Shown here piece after piece: positions 63,389 to 64,000 of a stretch of 64,000 nt of DNA. The translations under genes were made by a program, and so were the position numbers. The notes below the pieces were generated by a model. The model worked only from the letters and a program-made list of their open reading frames with translations. It ran no database searches and was not told where the DNA came from. This DNA is from Methanocaldococcus sp. 28A (lineage in GTDB: Archaea; AGJL01; Methanococci; Methanococcales; Methanocaldococcaceae), in the NCBI GenBank assembly GCA_049852185.1, contig CP187540.1. One strand, given 5' to 3'. Position 1 is the first letter of the stretch; each line of letters starts with the position of its first letter.

Positions 63389-64000
63389 TTACAATACTCT
63401 TCCTTCAACAATTCCTAATTTCTCTTTGTGTTTAACCATGGTTCTTGTAAAGTTTAAGCTTTTTAGAGCTTCAAATGTAGCCATTGCAAAGTTGTATGTT
63501 GTTCTTGTTTCTCCAAATGTCTTTGTCCAAACATCTTTAATTCCAGCTAATCCTAAAACTGCCTTAGCAACATCTCCAGCAACTAAACCAACTCCCTTTG
63601 GAGCTGGCAATATCTCTATTACAGTACTTCCACACTTTCCATATCCTTTGTATGGAATTGAGTGGGGTGTTCCACAACCACACTCCCAAGAACCGCAACC
63701 TCTCTTAACTCTAATAATGTTTTTCTTTGCTTGAGCTATAGCTTTTCTAATTGCAGGCCCTACTTCTTTAGCTTTACCTTTTCCAACACCAACATAACCA
63801 TTTCTGTTTCCTACAACAACGGTAGCTCTAAACCTTGCTCTTCTTCCTGACTTGTGCATTCTCTGAACTAACTTAACGTCTAAAACTTTCTCTTCTAAAT
63901 CTGGAAGAAGAGCATCTACAATTTCAGGCTCTAAAATTGGTAAGTTGTTATCTAAGATGTAATCAATGTCAGTAATTTGTCCTTCTTTAACCATTCTTCC
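63389..64000 (-). CDS. rps5: 30S ribosomal protein S5 (5'-truncated by window)
   Basis: [31 protein letters not shown]. Confidence 0.97.
   Translation of the reverse strand, partial: GRMVKEGQITDIDYILDNNLPILEPEIVDALLPDLEEKVLDVKLVQRMHKSGRRARFRATVVVGNRNGYVGVGKGKAKEVGPAIRKAIAQAKKNIIRVKRGCGSWECGCGTPHSIPYKGYGKCGSTVIEILPAPKGVGLVAGDVAKAVLGLAGIKDVWTKTFGETRTTYNFAMATFEALKSLNFTRTMVKHKEKLGIVEGRVL

Overview
AT-rich chromosomal window from a hyperthermophilic methanogen, almost certainly Methanocaldococcus (hmd/hcg genes, intein-bearing TFB, MptA, EhbP, methanogenesis marker 14). Most of it is housekeeping, in blocks separated by IS elements, IS relics and at least three MITE-like families. RNA elements found by eye are tRNA-Leu(UAA), a box C/D sRNA, an H/ACA sRNA whose pocket fits 23S helix 69, and an orphan CRISPR array with 37-bp repeats. 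Three things stand out. (1) A 4-kb module at 25.9-29.9 kb has an AAA+/wHTH gene, an intergenic region with phased direct repeats, a wHTH-SWIM gene, a perfect 34-bp inverted repeat bracketing 308 bp of AT-rich DNA between convergent genes, and a second wHTH protein; it is a candidate non-canonical origin/initiator or invertible element. (2) A 393-bp 'spacer' inside the CRISPR array carries a complete membrane-protein gene antisense to the array. (3) A MITE family sharing ends with the resident IS701-like element has rewritten the C-termini of mptA, cobS and cobQ, and removing it restores coupled stop/start junctions. All analysis was by eye with no database searches. Family names and M. jannaschii locus comparisons are from recall, and hand-counted coordinates may be off by a few bases.
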